Of a stretch of DNA of 64,000 bases, positions 46,177-57,829 are shown in pieces. Every line of letters starts with the position of its first letter. Within the stretch, counting starts at the first letter, position 1. Source of the stretch: Prasinococcaceae sp. CCMP 1430 (Eukaryota; Plantae; Prasinodermophyta); NCBI GenBank assembly GCA_013416795.1, contig RQSC01000032.1, positions 580,036 to 644,035 on the forward strand, read 5' to 3'. A program made the position numbers and the translations under genes. The notes beneath the pieces are model-generated. The model was not told the DNA's origin and searched no databases. It saw nothing but the letters and a program-made list of their open reading frames with translations.

Positions 46177-47859
46177 TCAGCGCGGGGCGCCTTTGTACGC
46201 GATGCTCAGCGCGCGCTGCGTCGCCTGAATCCGGCCGAGCACGCTTCTGGTGTCGCTCACGCGCTTGGCGATGGCCGCGAAGGAGGGCGCACCCTTCGCC
46301 ACACCCGCGGCGACCGCGTCCGCCCCCGCCTGCGGCGCGCCGAGCCCTCGCCTGCGGCGGCTGCGCCCTCCGTTGCCGCACGCGCGCGCCGTGTTTCCGC
46401 TCATGGCCCTCATCACGGCCTCCTCCTCCTCGACGTTGGCCAGCGCCGCCCGGACGCGCTCCGTGATGGTGGCGCCGTCGAGCCCCGAGCGCTCGCTGCT
46501 GTCGCGCGGCCCGCGCAACATCGCGGTGCCCATGCGCCCCGGCGCGTGGTCGACCCGCTGCTGCAGTGCCTTGACCTGCTCCTTGAGCTTTGCGGTTTCC
46601 CCCTCCAGCCGGTCGATGGCGGCCTTCTGGCGCGCCTGGACGACGCTGCCCACCATGCGCTCGCGCCGGTTGTCGGCCTGTGCGCCCTCGAGGCGCTGGC
46701 GGTAGCCCTCGAGCTCCATCTTCAAAGAGTCACGCTCGCGCACGTGCGCCTCGCGCGCGGCCTCGAGCTCGCGCGTGAGATCTTCCGCACACTTGGCGGC
46801 ATCCTGGCGCTCTCGGCGGTGCACCTCCCCGATCGACTGGGCGTTCTCCGACAGCGTGGCCGAGCGCGTGGACTCGCGCGTGAGCTCCTCGTTGCGGCTG
46901 CGCAGCTCGTCGCGCAGCGTGTTGGTGAGCGCTTCGAGCTGCTTGATGCGTTTTGCGTCGTCCGCGCTGGATTGCGGCTCGTCGTACAGCATGGAGAGCT
47001 TCTCCTGCGCGTACCGCTCGGCGTCGCGCAGCGTGTCGGCCTCCGTGCGCAGGCGCCCGACCTCTACCTGCGCGCGCGCCAGCTCCGAGCGCAGGTCGTC
47101 GACCACCTTCTGCCACCGCAGCGCCTCGCGCTCGACCGCCTCCTCGGCCATGCGCGCTTGCTCCTTTGCACTGGCGGTGGCGAGGTTGGCCACGCTGGTG
47201 GCGTACGCGCCCCGTTGTTTCTCGACGGCCTGCTCGTACGCGCTAGCAACCACCCCCACGCGCTCGCGAAGCCGCCGCTCAGTCGCGAGCTCCTCCTGGT
47301 CCGTCCAGCGCGCGTGCTCGAGGCGCACCTTGCCCTCAACGTGGCACATGTGGCTGCGCGCCGCCTCCAGCGCCTCGCGCACCTCCTCCACGGAGGACGC
47401 CAGCGCGGTCACCTGCAGCAGCTCAGACTGATCGGTCTGCGTGCTCGCGGTCGCGAGGACGGACTCGGGCAGGTCGGCCGACACCCCCGGCGGCGGGCCC
47501 GCCCATCGCAGCAGCGCGCTCGGCGTGCTGCGGGCGTGTCGACGGCAGCGCCCATGGCCGTCCTCGCCCGCCCCGTCTGCCACACTCTCGGGCGAGAGCG
47601 CCTCAGCGTGCGCTCGCATCTCCGCCCTCTGCCGCGGCGTCGCGCCCCCGGCGATCTCAGGCCAGAACGGGGCGCCCGGGCCCGCGGCGGGCACCCCCCC
47701 GCCATCCTCTCGGCGCAGGCGCTCGAGCTCGGCCTCTAGGGCGGAGTTACAGACCACGTGCGCGAGGACTTCGCCGCGCACCTCGCCCCCGCCGCCGCCC
47801 TCGACCTCGTCGAGCAGGCGTCCCACCCGCTCGGGCGCCTTCTGCGCCGTCCCTGCCAT
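46177..47859 (-). CDS. Hypothetical coiled-coil protein
   Basis: Long Glu/Arg/Ala-rich heptad region in a clean frame from ATG 47859. Confidence 0.6.
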   Translation of the reverse strand: MAGTAQKAPERVGRLLDEVEGGGGGEVRGEVLAHVVCNSALEAELERLRREDGGGVPAAGPGAPFWPEIAGGATPRQRAEMRAHAEALSPESVADGAGEDGHGRCRRHARSTPSALLRWAGPPPGVSADLPESVLATASTQTDQSELLQVTALASSVEEVREALEAARSHMCHVEGKVRLEHARWTDQEELATERRLRERVGVVASAYEQAVEKQRGAYATSVANLATASAKEQARMAEEAVEREALRWQKVVDDLRSELARAQVEVGRLRTEADTLRDAERYAQEKLSMLYDEPQSSADDAKRIKQLEALTNTLRDELRSRNEELTRESTRSATLSENAQSIGEVHRRERQDAAKCAEDLTRELEAAREAHVRERDSLKMELEGYRQRLEGAQADNRRERMVGSVVQARQKAAIDRLEGETAKLKEQVKALQQRVDHAPGRMGTAMLRGPRDSSERSGLDGATITERVRAALANVEEEEAVMRAMSGNTARACGNGGRSRRRRGLGAPQAGADAVAAGVAKGAPSFAAIAKRVSDTRSVLGRIQATQRALSIAYKGAPR

Positions 47860-48484
47860 CGAGCCGCCGCGGGCCCTTCGCAGCTGCGCCGACGCCTGCG
47901 GCGGCTGCAGGCGCGGCCTCGCCTCCCGCCTTCTCCTCCTCGACCTTCGGGTCGCGGCGGGTCGCGGCGCGTCGCATCGGCCGAGCGCGCCGCCGCGCCC
48001 CAAAAGCGGACCGCCGTGCCACTGTAATTGATATTGACGGGAGCGACCGTTACGATGGGCCCGATCGGACGCACGAGAATCGCCATCATCGCACCAATCA
48101 AGCAATCAAATTGAATCATTCGAATTGAATCAATCAATCAGTCAATCAATTACAGTCTGTAATATGGCCTCCCTCTCTCTCTCAGAGTCTCTCTCTCTCT
48201 CTCTCTCGCACGCGCGCGCGTGCCCCTCCGCCCCCCCGCCCCGCCCGCCCGCCCTGACAGCACCAGAGGCCCTCGCAGACCAGCTCCCAGCTGTAGTCCG
48301 ACCCTAACAGGGCCGCCCTCGTGCGCGTCGGCGCGCCCGGCGTCGCGCGCGCTCCGCGGCGCGCAGCCTACCTCTCCTGCCGCCCAGGCGCTGACACGCT
48401 ACCGCCGGCGACGCGACGCGCGCGTCGTCGCCGCGCACCCACCTCGCACCGCGCCCCCTCCCACCCGCGCCCTCGCCGCTGCAG

Positions 48485-48598
48485 CTTCCGCTCTCGCTCT
48501 TGCGCACCGCGCAGGGCCACCCCATGCTCATCGAGCTCAAGAGCGGCGAGACCTACAACGGCCACCTCGTCGCGTGCGACACGTGGATGAATCTGCAC
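48485..48598 (+). CDS. LSM4: LSM4 (U6 snRNA-associated Sm-like protein), N-terminal fragment only
   Basis: [38 protein letters not shown] follows a CAG acceptor and breaks off at 48598. Confidence 0.9.
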
Positions 48599-48605
48599 CG
48601 CGGGC

Positions 48606-51600
48606 GCCGACGCCGGCGCCGGCGCCAAGAGGAAGAAAGGTCGCATGTGGGGCAAGGCCGGGATGATGGCCAAGCTCGCCGCGCGCGCCAAGCTCACCGC
48701 CGAGGCGCAGCAGAGCTCGGCGCTGGAGCAGGTCCTCGACGTGGCGCGCGGCGCGGCGACGGACGAGTCGCTGGTGGGCGCCACGCGCGCCCACGCCTTC
48801 GAGGCCGCCATGGACGCGCGCATGGTCGAGTTTGAGCGGCGGCGCGACGCCCTCGAGGCGTCGATGCGCGAGCGGCACGCCGAGCAGTACCGCTCGCTGC
48901 GGCGCCACTTCGACGACGCGCAGGAGAATCTCGTGACGGCGTCGCCCGCCGTGGTGGCGCTGCGCCGGCGGCAGGCCGCGCTGGTCTCCCAGAAGAATTA
49001 CTCGGAGGCCTTCGAGCATCTCAAGGCCATCAAACGCGCCGAGCGCGACGCTGCGGCGTCGCACAAGGCGGCCCACCAGCGCGAGAACGAATCGGCGCTG
49101 GAGAAGCTGCTGGAGCAGCAAAGGTGCGAGCGAGAGAACTTCGCCGCCAAGGTCAGCCAGGAGCACGAGAACCTCGCCGCATTCAGGAGGGAGAGGCTCG
49201 CGCAGCTGGCAGGGGCGGCGGGGGCGCAGGACACGCTGCAAGACATTGCGCGCTACCATGCGCGACAGCAGCAGATGCAGCACATGCAAGGCGGCGGGGC
49301 GATCGGGGCTGCGCAGGTGGAGAGCGGGCAGGAGCAAGGGCAGGGACAGGGACAGCAGCAGCAGCAAGGCGACGAGCATGTCGCTGAGCGGAGCCCGAGC
49401 GCGGGCGCGGGCGCGCATGCTGCCCCCGCGCCCGCCGTCTTCGGCTCAGTGGGGCAACCGTTTGGCCCGCCGTCCTCCGCGAGCGCGTCCGCGGTGTCGG
49501 CGATGCTTCGTGGGCAGCAGGCGGCTCGGGCGCCGGGTGGGCCCGTTGGGAATGCCCCGGCCATTTTGCCCGCGACTCACGCGTCCGCATCGCAGCTGCC
49601 CGCCGCTCCGCCGCTGTGGTCGTTCAGCCCCGCCGCTGGCGCGTCGGCGGCGCCGCCACCTCCACCCGGAGTCGTGTCTGGCGCGATGGCCAGCTGGGCG
49701 CGTGGCGAGGCGATGGCCCCCGGCCGATCCCGCGCTGCGCTGTCGCCTGCACCTCTGGGAGGCACGCGCTCCTTGCCCGCAGCGTGGCAGCCCGACGTGG
49801 CGCTGCAGCGCACGCGCGGCCCAGATGCTGCGCCCATGCAAGCCGTGGCTGGCGCCCTGACCACCGCCGCTCAGCTTCTCAGCGGCGGCGGCCCCGTCGC
49901 GCCCGGCCTGGCTGCCAGCGCGTTCATGGGGATGGCAGGAGCGTCGAGCAACCTGCCGCGGCAGGGCATCGCGTCGGAGCCACCCATGCCCATCTTCTGG
50001 CGAAACGCCGAGGCGGCGGCCAAGGCGGCCCACGCAGAAGGCAGCGGCGCGCCGCCCGAGCGGCACTACAAGCTGCGCTTTACGGGTCGTGCCTTCCACG
50101 AAGTCGACCACGCGTCTCTCACAGAGGGGCTGGTGGACACGTTTGGTGCTCTCTTCCGCATTCCGCGCGAAGGAGTGCGCGTTCGCCTCAGTGCGGGGTC
50201 CGTGCTTGCATCTGTGCGCCTCAGTGGCGTGCCCGGCGGCGTCGTCTTTGCGTGCGCGGACGTGCAGGCCGCGCTGGAGGGCTCAGCGGCGTCAGCCGTG
50301 GCGGAGCTCGCATCGCTCGGACTTCGGGTCGCGGAGGTGTACACCGCGCCAGCGCGCACACACCAGCCTGCTAGCGCGCACGCTGGCGCCGCAGATAGCG
50401 TGGATGGCGCCGCCGGCACCGCCGGTGGCGCGCACCTTGGCGGCGGCGCTGCCGCGTCCTCGCCGGATCTGCCCGCGACCACGCCTGCTGTTGCCGGCAC
50501 TGCCTCGCAGGACGAGCCCGGCGGTGATACCGGGGGCGCTGGCGACCCCGGCGGCGCTGATGGTGAAGCCGCTCGCGTTGATTCGCCGAGTGCGGATGGG
50601 AACGATGCACAGGAAGACGCGCCGCCGGCTGACGAGGACGACACTGAAGACGAAGATATTTGGGACGAGGATATGGTGCCCCTCTCCGCTCGGCAGTCGG
50701 GCGGAGGCAGCGAAAAGCAGCGGCTCGCTACTCTCGACCTGGCACGCGTTCAGGCGTTCGTGCAAAGGACAGAACCGAGCAAGGCCGCTCTCGCACGAAA
50801 GGAGGCTGCAAAGAAACGATTCGTCGGCGCGATCGGCACTACCGCCAAGATGGCCGTCGCCGCGAGGGCATTCGGCGCGGCGAGGGCGGCGGGGAAGTCG
50901 AGGCTGGCCAACGAGGCTAGGGAGAGCGCGGGCACAACTCAGGCGGCGTCGCAGGATGGCAGGGCGGAGGCTCCGGACGCCTCGCGGCCGTCATCCCTTC
51001 GCGATAAGTTCAAGGCCCGCGCGAATGATGTGCGTCAGGGGGCGCGCGTGATGATGGCAATGCGCAGCGCGGTCAACGAGCGCAGCATGGTGGCAGTCGC
51101 GCCGAGTGAAACGAGTCCGGGCACCGCCGGATCGGACTCGGCGTCGCGCACGAGCACGCCTGGCTCAGACGCGGCGTTGGTGGCCGCCGCCGAGGCGGAA
51201 GCGGCTCAGGCGCTCGCCGATGCAGCTGCCGCCGAGGCGGCTGCGGCGGAAGCCAAGGCGCAGGCAGCCGCGGCGAAGACGAAAGCGCTCGCGCTCGCTG
51301 GCGGCGGCTCGCCGCCCGCGTCGTCGACGGAAATGGCGGTGGCAGACCGCGGCGCATCCGGCAAAGCGTGGGCTAGAGCGGCCACCAAGATCGGTGCGTT
51401 GTCCAAATTCAGCATGGCCGGCAAAATGGCAGAGCCCCAATCCGACAAGGTGGGAAAGACCAGTATGGATGACGTAGCGAAAGCCAAGGTCCTGGCCAAC
51501 AAGGCCAAGGCCAAAGCGGCGGCGCTGGCGCCTTCGAAACCCTTCAGCACGTCCGACATCAGGGTGCTGTTTAGCTACGCGCGCCACAACAAGTACCATC

Positions 51601-51881
51601 AGCTCAAGGACCTCCTCGAGGCGGGCGCACCGGCAGATCCGCGTGACAAGTTCGGCAACACGCCGCTCATCATCGCGTGTCAGAACGGCAATGCGCGCGT
51701 GGCGAAGGTGCTCATGCGCCACGGCGCCGACATGGACAAGGCAAACAAGCAGGGCAACACGGGCCTGCACTACTGCGTTGCGTACGGCTTCAACGCGCTG
51801 GGTGACCTCCTCATTGCCAAGGGCGCCAGCGACAAGATCCTCAATAGCCTCGGGTACAATGCATACGAGGGCATCAAGTGA
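48606..51881 (+). CDS. Large protein with N-terminal coiled coil, low-complexity middle and C-terminal ankyrin repeats; 5' end missing
   Basis: [24 protein letters not shown] and FSYARHNK ankyrin motifs. The frame is open upstream of ATG 48645 as far as the LSM4 junction. Confidence 0.8.
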   Translation, partial: ADAGAGAKRKKGRMWGKAGMMAKLAARAKLTAEAQQSSALEQVLDVARGAATDESLVGATRAHAFEAAMDARMVEFERRRDALEASMRERHAEQYRSLRRHFDDAQENLVTASPAVVALRRRQAALVSQKNYSEAFEHLKAIKRAERDAAASHKAAHQRENESALEKLLEQQRCERENFAAKVSQEHENLAAFRRERLAQLAGAAGAQDTLQDIARYHARQQQMQHMQGGGAIGAAQVESGQEQGQGQGQQQQQGDEHVAERSPSAGAGAHAAPAPAVFGSVGQPFGPPSSASASAVSAMLRGQQAARAPGGPVGNAPAILPATHASASQLPAAPPLWSFSPAAGASAAPPPPPGVVSGAMASWARGEAMAPGRSRAALSPAPLGGTRSLPAAWQPDVALQRTRGPDAAPMQAVAGALTTAAQLLSGGGPVAPGLAASAFMGMAGASSNLPRQGIASEPPMPIFWRNAEAAAKAAHAEGSGAPPERHYKLRFTGRAFHEVDHASLTEGLVDTFGALFRIPREGVRVRLSAGSVLASVRLSGVPGGVVFACADVQAALEGSAASAVAELASLGLRVAEVYTAPARTHQPASAHAGAADSVDGAAGTAGGAHLGGGAAASSPDLPATTPAVAGTASQDEPGGDTGGAGDPGGADGEAARVDSPSADGNDAQEDAPPADEDDTEDEDIWDEDMVPLSARQSGGGSEKQRLATLDLARVQAFVQRTEPSKAALARKEAAKKRFVGAIGTTAKMAVAARAFGAARAAGKSRLANEARESAGTTQAASQDGRAEAPDASRPSSLRDKFKARANDVRQGARVMMAMRSAVNERSMVAVAPSETSPGTAGSDSASRTSTPGSDAALVAAAEAEAAQALADAAAAEAAAAEAKAQAAAAKTKALALAGGGSPPASSTEMAVADRGASGKAWARAATKIGALSKFSMAGKMAEPQSDKVGKTSMDDVAKAKVLANKAKAKAAALAPSKPFSTSDIRVLFSYARHNKYHQLKDLLEAGAPADPRDKFGNTPLIIACQNGNARVAKVLMRHGADMDKANKQGNTGLHYCVAYGFNALGDLLIAKGASDKILNSLGYNAYEGIK

Positions 51882-52025
51882 GGCATTTGCCAATCCAGTA
51901 AACGACTCCTCACACGTTCTGCACGCGCACCGCGTGTCGCCGCGCCTCCTCGGCGACGGGCGGCGTCGAGCGCCACAGCGCCGGCGGTGTGCATTGCGCA
52001 GCCACGCGGCCGACGCCCCGCTGTG

Positions 52026-54114
52026 ATGGGCCTCGACAGTGCGCCGCCCGGGGAGGGCGGTCGTGGGCGCGGGGGCCGCGGGCGCGGAGGTGCCGCCGCC
52101 GACGGCATGGACTTTGACGTCGAGCGCGAGGCGTCGCTCGCCGCGGCCGAGGCGTTCGGCGGCGCGGTCGCCAGCGGCCACTGCGCGCTGGTGGGCCGGC
52201 CAAACGCCGGCAAGAGCTCGCTGCTCAACGCCGCCCTCGGGGCCAAGCTCTCAATCGTCACGCACAAGGCGCAGACGACGCGAAACTCGGTGCTCGGCAT
52301 CTACGACGACGACGACGCGCAGGTCGTCTTCGTCGACACGCCGGGCGTGCTGCGCCGCGAGGCGGACCTTCTGGACTCGCGCATGAACAGCTACGTGTCG
52401 CGCGCTCTGCGCGACGCCGACGTCGCGGTGTGCATCGTCGACGCAGCCGACGCAGCCGGCGTCGACTTCCGCGACGCCGCCGGCATTCGGCGCCATCGCA
52501 ACGACCGCGGCGGGCGCGGAGGGCGCGGGGGGCGCGGAGGCCGCGGAGGCCGCGGGCGCAGAGGCCGCGGGCGCGGGAGCCGAGCTGATGTTGCCTCCGC
52601 TGCGAATGTCACCGCTGCCTCGACCGTGACACGCGCAGCCGCGACTGCAAGCCCTGCTCCGCCTGCCGTGCATGATTGGAGCGGTCTGCCCGCCTCCACT
52701 GATGACATCGTCGCCGCGCTCGCTGCGCTCGGCGATGCCGCAAGGGACGCGTCTGCGGCTCCTGTCGATCTCCCGGGCGTGCTGCAGCTTCCCGCGCCTG
52801 GTACCGTGCGCCCCCCTGGCACGCGCGCCGAGCTCATTCGGAGGGGCTTTCACACGGAAAAGGCAATCGCCGCGGCCAACGATGGCGAGCTGGCCGGCAG
52901 CGCAGATGCCCGCGCCAAAGCCGACGAGCACCAAAGCGGCCGTTCCGCGCGCGAGCCGCTGCGCGTGGTTCTCCGCGCTGCAGGCCACACCTTCCGCGCG
53001 CAGCAGGCTTCCCCTTCTGAGGGCCCGGCACGCCCAGTCCAGGAGGCGGTATATCGCGGGGCGCTCGCGTGGCTCGAGCAGCGCGGGCGCGCGCACCTGC
53101 GCGGCGATGAGCCGTGCGTACGCCTGCCGCCCCCGCAGCTACCGGCGTGGCCCGCGCCTGCTGCGGTCTCACCATGGGCCGGAGTCGGCAACGCGCAAAT
53201 CCTGCTCCTGGACTGGGACGACGGTGTGTTGCGCGGTCTTCCTGCTGGTGGCAGCGTAGCCGCCGGCGGCGGCGATTCCGCACTGCGGTCGTGGCTCGCC
53301 GGGTTGCCGCCCGGCGCGCCAATCGCGCTCGATGCCGAGTGGCGCTGGGACCACGCGCTGCGAACCCACCGGGGCGCCGCGCTGCTGCAACTCGCACCGC
53401 TCGACGAGCGGCTAGCACCACCGATCCTCATCCACATACGCCAGTGGACGTGCGAGGGAAGGCCACTCAGGCCGTTCCCGTCCGACCTGGTCGAAGCGCT
53501 GCTTGCGAGGCAGTGCGTCGTGTGGGGCGCCGGGAAGCCAGGGACGGGCGATAGGAAACACGTTGCGCGCACACTCGGCGTAGACGAAGACGCGGGGCGA
53601 CGAGCCAGCGGCACCGACGACCTCACAAGGCAGCTCGCAGGTCTGACCACGGACGACAGTGCGGGTGCTCCATCTCGGGACCCCTTTGGCTGGCTCGAGG
53701 CGCAGGAACTCGTACACGTGCGATACCCAGCGCTCAAGGGGCCGCAGGGTGGGGGCACCGGCATCGGACTGGCGGCCGCCGCGCGCATGTTGTTGGGCGT
53801 GGACCCGCCGAAAGACGCCTCCATGCGCAAACGCGACTGGTCAAAGCAGCTGGACGAGAGCGCCGCATACTACGCTGCGCTCGACGCGGTTCTCATTGGT
53901 GAGGATGGCATGCGGTGTGCGCCAGGGAGCGCGCCGCTCAGGCGCTCGCGCGCGCTCGCAGCGAGTGCCTATGAAAGCGGCTGCTGGCTAACCCGGCGCT
54001 CTCGCCTGCACCCGCGCTCTCGGAACCACCGTTGCAGGGCGCATCTTGAGCGCCATGCTCCGCGACAAGGAGCACGTGCCCCTCCGCGGAACGCCCTGGC
54101 CCGCGCAGGCGTGA
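52026..54114 (+). CDS. ORF joining an Era-like GTPase N-terminal half, an RGG tract and a DEDD 3'-5' exonuclease-like domain
   Basis: [10 protein letters not shown] (G1), AQTTRN (G2), FVDTPG (G3). Later [24 protein letters not shown] and DW...YAALDA. Intron 53899-54037. Confidence 0.7.
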
Positions 54115-54303
54115 GGCGGCGTAAATTCCCCGAAGCTCACGTGGACGGGTGGGTGCGCGCGCGGCAGCTCACCGGTGCGAACGCGGCGGCGGCGCAGCAC
54201 GTGTACCATGTACAATAAAGTGTCATATGTGTACGTGAGAAGGCGCCGCCCTCGCACCCGCGCAGCGTCTGGCGGCTGCTCGCTGCACCGCGGCGCCCCG
54301 CGC

Positions 54304-56303
54304 TCAGCGCTTCAGCCCCTCCAGCTTCACAGCCGGCTCATACGGGCTCGGGATGACCACCTTCAGGGCCGGATCGAGCTTTCCGAGCGCGGCGTATATC
54401 GCCGGCATGGGCGGCGGCTTGATAGCCGGCTCGGGGATGTCTCGCACTGTCCGGGCACCCGCCGCCAGCGCAGACGCGCACGTCAGCGCGCGAGCGCGCG
54501 AGGGGTGCGCGAGGGGATCCGGGCGTGCCCCCGGGCACCCACGCGCCTGGCCTGGGGTCCTCGGCGCCCCTGTGCGCGTGCGCTCCGCGCGGACCGCGCG
54601 AACACAGCTGCGCGCACGCACCATACGCGATCTTTCCGTCCTGGTCCAGCTCATAGAAGGAGATGCCCTTGACCCTGCGCGCGCCCTCGCCCATGCCCAG
54701 GTCCACCTCCCAGCAGAACGCACACGCGCTTTCGCCGTCCGAAACGCGCTCGACGACGAACGTGAGCCCCGGGATGTCGAACTCGCGCAGGAACGCCTCA
54801 ACGGCCGCCTTTCCTAGGAAGGGCTGCTCGTAGTTGAAGTCCTCGTAGCGGACTCCGTCGGAGAAGAAACGCACGCTCTCGTCCACGACGCTCGCGCCCG
54901 AGCCCTGCACGTCGCACCACAGGTAGCGCACGACGTCCGAGCAGGCCGTCGGAGTGCGGCGTTCGAGCGCCCCTGCGGGCCTCGCGTCTGCGGTGCCCCC
55001 GTCGCCCGCCTGCTTCTCAGCAATGGCCTTGAGCAGCTTGGCGGTGGCTTCCCCGGGCTTGAAGAGCGGCTCAACGCCGACGCGCACGTACTGTATGCGT
55101 CCCTGGTCGTCGACCTCCAAGTAGAGCGTGCCGCGCAGGCCGCGGCCCGACACGCCCTCGCGTGCGCGGTGGAAGGTGAAGCCCGAAGCCCGCTCGCCGT
55201 CGGCGATGCGCTCGATGGCGATCGTGGCGCCGTTGCGCTCGTCCTCGGCCTGCGCCGCGGCGAGGTGGGCGTACACCGCCTGCGACCCCCTGAGGGGCTC
55301 TTCGAGGCTCATGTCCTCCCACACGACGTCGGGCGCGCACGCTGCGGCCACGCGGCCGGCGTCCCACGCGCCGCACTCGATGCAGTCGCACCACTCACCG
55401 CCGCCGTCGCTGCAGAAGGTGCGTCGGATGCGCTCGTCCGCGCGCGACACGTCGGGCGCCGCGGGCAGGACGAAGGGCAGCGCACTGCTGCCGCCGGACC
55501 CCTCGGCGCCCTGCCCGCCGTCCCACTCAGGCGGCGGAAGGCCCTTGCCGCTGAGCATGCACATCGTCAGGTGAAGCAGAAGGCCCTTGGAGGCGCGCGA
55601 GAGGCGTTGTGAGCGAAAGGCCGCAGGGGGCAGGGGGGGGGCGGGGGGCAGCCGCGTCAGCGCATCGAGCGCGCGCGCAGGCGCCGCCGCCGCCGCGCGC
55701 CCGGGGCGCGCGCTCTCACCGGCGGACCCGTGAAGTTCGTGAGCAGCACGCTCGCCCGGACGAGCGGCACGTCCCTCCTGACGGCATCCAGCCAAACCCA
55801 TCGTCCAACGAAGAGGTCCCACGCAAGCACGTGCGCCCACTCCTCCGTGACGAAGTTGGGGTTCTCCAGCATGGACTGGAAGCTCTCGAGGGGCACGTTG
55901 CGGAGCGCGCCTTCGGCCGAGAAGACGCCCGCGAACTTGGCGAGCTCCTCCGTTGCGTTGGGCTGGCCGAAGCCAATGGCGTCCACCCAGAAGTGGACGC
56001 CCGCGCACGCGATCGGGAACCACAGCGGCGTCATGAGCGCGCGCGTGACCGCTGCGCGCGGCGCGACCGTCATGAGCGTCCACGGCAGCTGCGGGAAGAA
56101 TGTGGCAACGCTGAACGCCAGCGAGATCTCGGGCAGCACGCCCGGCGGCGCGACGACCCCCAACGCGTCCGCGAGGTTCGCCGCACGCGGCGCGGCGCGG
56201 CGCGGTGCGTGCGCCGGCCGCCTCCACCACGCGCCGCGCGCCGCGCCGCCGCCGCGAACGCACCCTTGACGGGCTTGCCGACCTTATCGAAGAGCGACGG
56301 CAT
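54304..56303 (-). CDS. ABA4/DUF4281 membrane domain fused to two SnoaL/NTF2-like domains
   Basis: EWAHVLAWDLFVGRWVWLD...TGPP|GLLLH (ABA4). WED...P..G and RYEDFNYEQPFLG, KGISFY and VRDIPEP (SnoaL). Introns 55586-55719 and 54447-54621 are in frame. The 5' start needs a frameshift or an unseen intron. Confidence 0.85.
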
Positions 56304-56899
56304 GGCTGCTTGGGGGGGGGGAGGGTGAGCGTGCGTACCGGGCGGGCGTGGCGCGCACTGTGCCCCGCGCGCCCGGCACAGTGCGATTCTTCGCCCCGGC
56401 TGCGCTCCGCTCCGCCACGCCGCGCCTGCGACCGCCCGCCCCCCTCTCGCCCGCCCCCCCCGGGCGACGTGTGGCGCGCGCGCGCCGCGCCGCTGCCATC
56501 ATTTCGGATCGCGTGGCGCGGCGAGGCGCCACCGGTCGGCCAGTAGTTATTCAGCAGTGCATCCGCGGGCGCGTACCCGTACACCCCGCACCCGACGGAC
56601 GGGCACCAGCCGCGGCGCCCCGATCGGAGCAGGTCCCCGCAGCGCGCGCGGAGCGAGCGAGCCCGAAACCGAGACCTGAAACCCTCTGCGGCCGCGGCCA
56701 ACCAACCAAAATCCAAACTGCGCGAGCGCGATGCCGCGACCGCATTCGCGGGGTGCGCTGCCTGTGCCTGAAAGGGCGGCGCGAACGTGCCGACCAAACC
56801 TGAATCTGAGAATCTCCTGAATCGTGCTGATCATGTTTGTCACGCCCAATCGCGCTCGCGCCGCAGCGCGCGCCGCGCGAGAGGCGGGAGGACGCAGCA

Positions 56900-57031
56900 G
56901 TACGAGGGCGGGTGCTGGCGCCACACGCCGCGTACGCAGACGCCTTCGGCGACGCCGCGCCGACGGCCGCGGCGTTCGCCGACGCCTTCAGGTGCGTGAG
57001 AGCGCGGGACAGCGTGTGTGTGTGCGTGTGC

Positions 57032-57062
<31 letters not shown>

Positions 57063-57480
57063 CGCATGTGTGTGTGTGCGCATGTGTGTGTGCGTGTGCG
57101 CATGTGTGTGTGCGCATGTGTGTGTGTGTGTGTACGTGCGCGTGTGTGTGTCTGCGTGTGCGTATGCGTATGCATGTGCGTGCATGTGTGTGTGTGTGTG
57201 TGTACGCGTGTGCGTGTGTCTACGTGTGTGTTTTGAAGTCTGTGCACGTCCGTGCGTGTGTGTACGCGCGCGCGCGTGTGCGCGTGCGAGCGCGCTGACA
57301 ACCCGATGCGGCGCCCCCCGCCCCCCCGGCGCTCCTGACCTTCAGGGCGGACGCCGACGGCGCCACCGAGGCGCTCATCGGCGGCCTGGGCGCCGCGCGC
57401 TGGGAGGACTTCCAGCGCGAGGCGCACGCGCTCAAGCTGCGCGCGGACGAGGCGGAGGCGAGGGCGGAGGCGTCGCCGCC
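56900..57480 (+). CDS. Hypothetical gene fragment containing a microsatellite-filled intron (56991-57343)
   Basis: TTCAG|GTGCGT donor and CTGAC...TTCAG| acceptor give the continuous frame AAFADAFR|ADADGATEALIGGLG...WEDFQREAH. Confidence 0.5.
57011..57290. repeat. Compound (TG)n/(CG)n microsatellite, intronic
   Basis: Directly visible. Confidence 0.95.
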
Positions 57481-57800
57481 GCCCCCCTCCGCCGCGCGGC
57501 CATCCTCGCGCGGCCGGTCGCGCGCGGCGCTCCGCTCGCTCCCCTTGCCCCCCTCGCTCCCTTCGCCGGCCCGCTCGGCGCTGCCGCGTCCCTCCAGGCG
57601 CGCGTCGTCTTCCCCATCGTTCTCTTTTTCCATCTCCTCCTTGTAGCCCTCCACGAAGGCCTTGATGGTGTCGCGATATGTCTCGGGCGGTATGGACGCC
57701 AGGCGCAAGAAGGGCTGCGCAGCGGCCGAGGGGAAGGCGGTGGCGCCGGAGGTGCCAGAGGCGCTGGAGGCGTCGCCACCCGCGCTTCCGCCGGCGCCAG
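57480..57800 (-). CDS. Internal fragment of an unrelated hypothetical gene, inverted relative to both neighbours
   Basis: Coding-like frame QPFLRLASIPPETYRDTIKAFVEGYKEEMEKE with GC-rich third positions. No independent start or stop seen. Confidence 0.4.
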
Positions 57801-57829
57801 CGCTCGCGCTCGCGCCGGGGGCGGCGGGG

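Noticed and set aside
56740-56840. TPP-riboswitch-like words GGGGTGC and CTGAGA
   Set aside because: The required downstream CCC...GAACCTGA...AGGGA elements are absent in the right order, and no thiamine gene is adjacent.
354-57343. Introner-type repeated introns
   Set aside because: The introns I compared share only splice signals and (CG)/(CA) simple repeats, not extended similarity.
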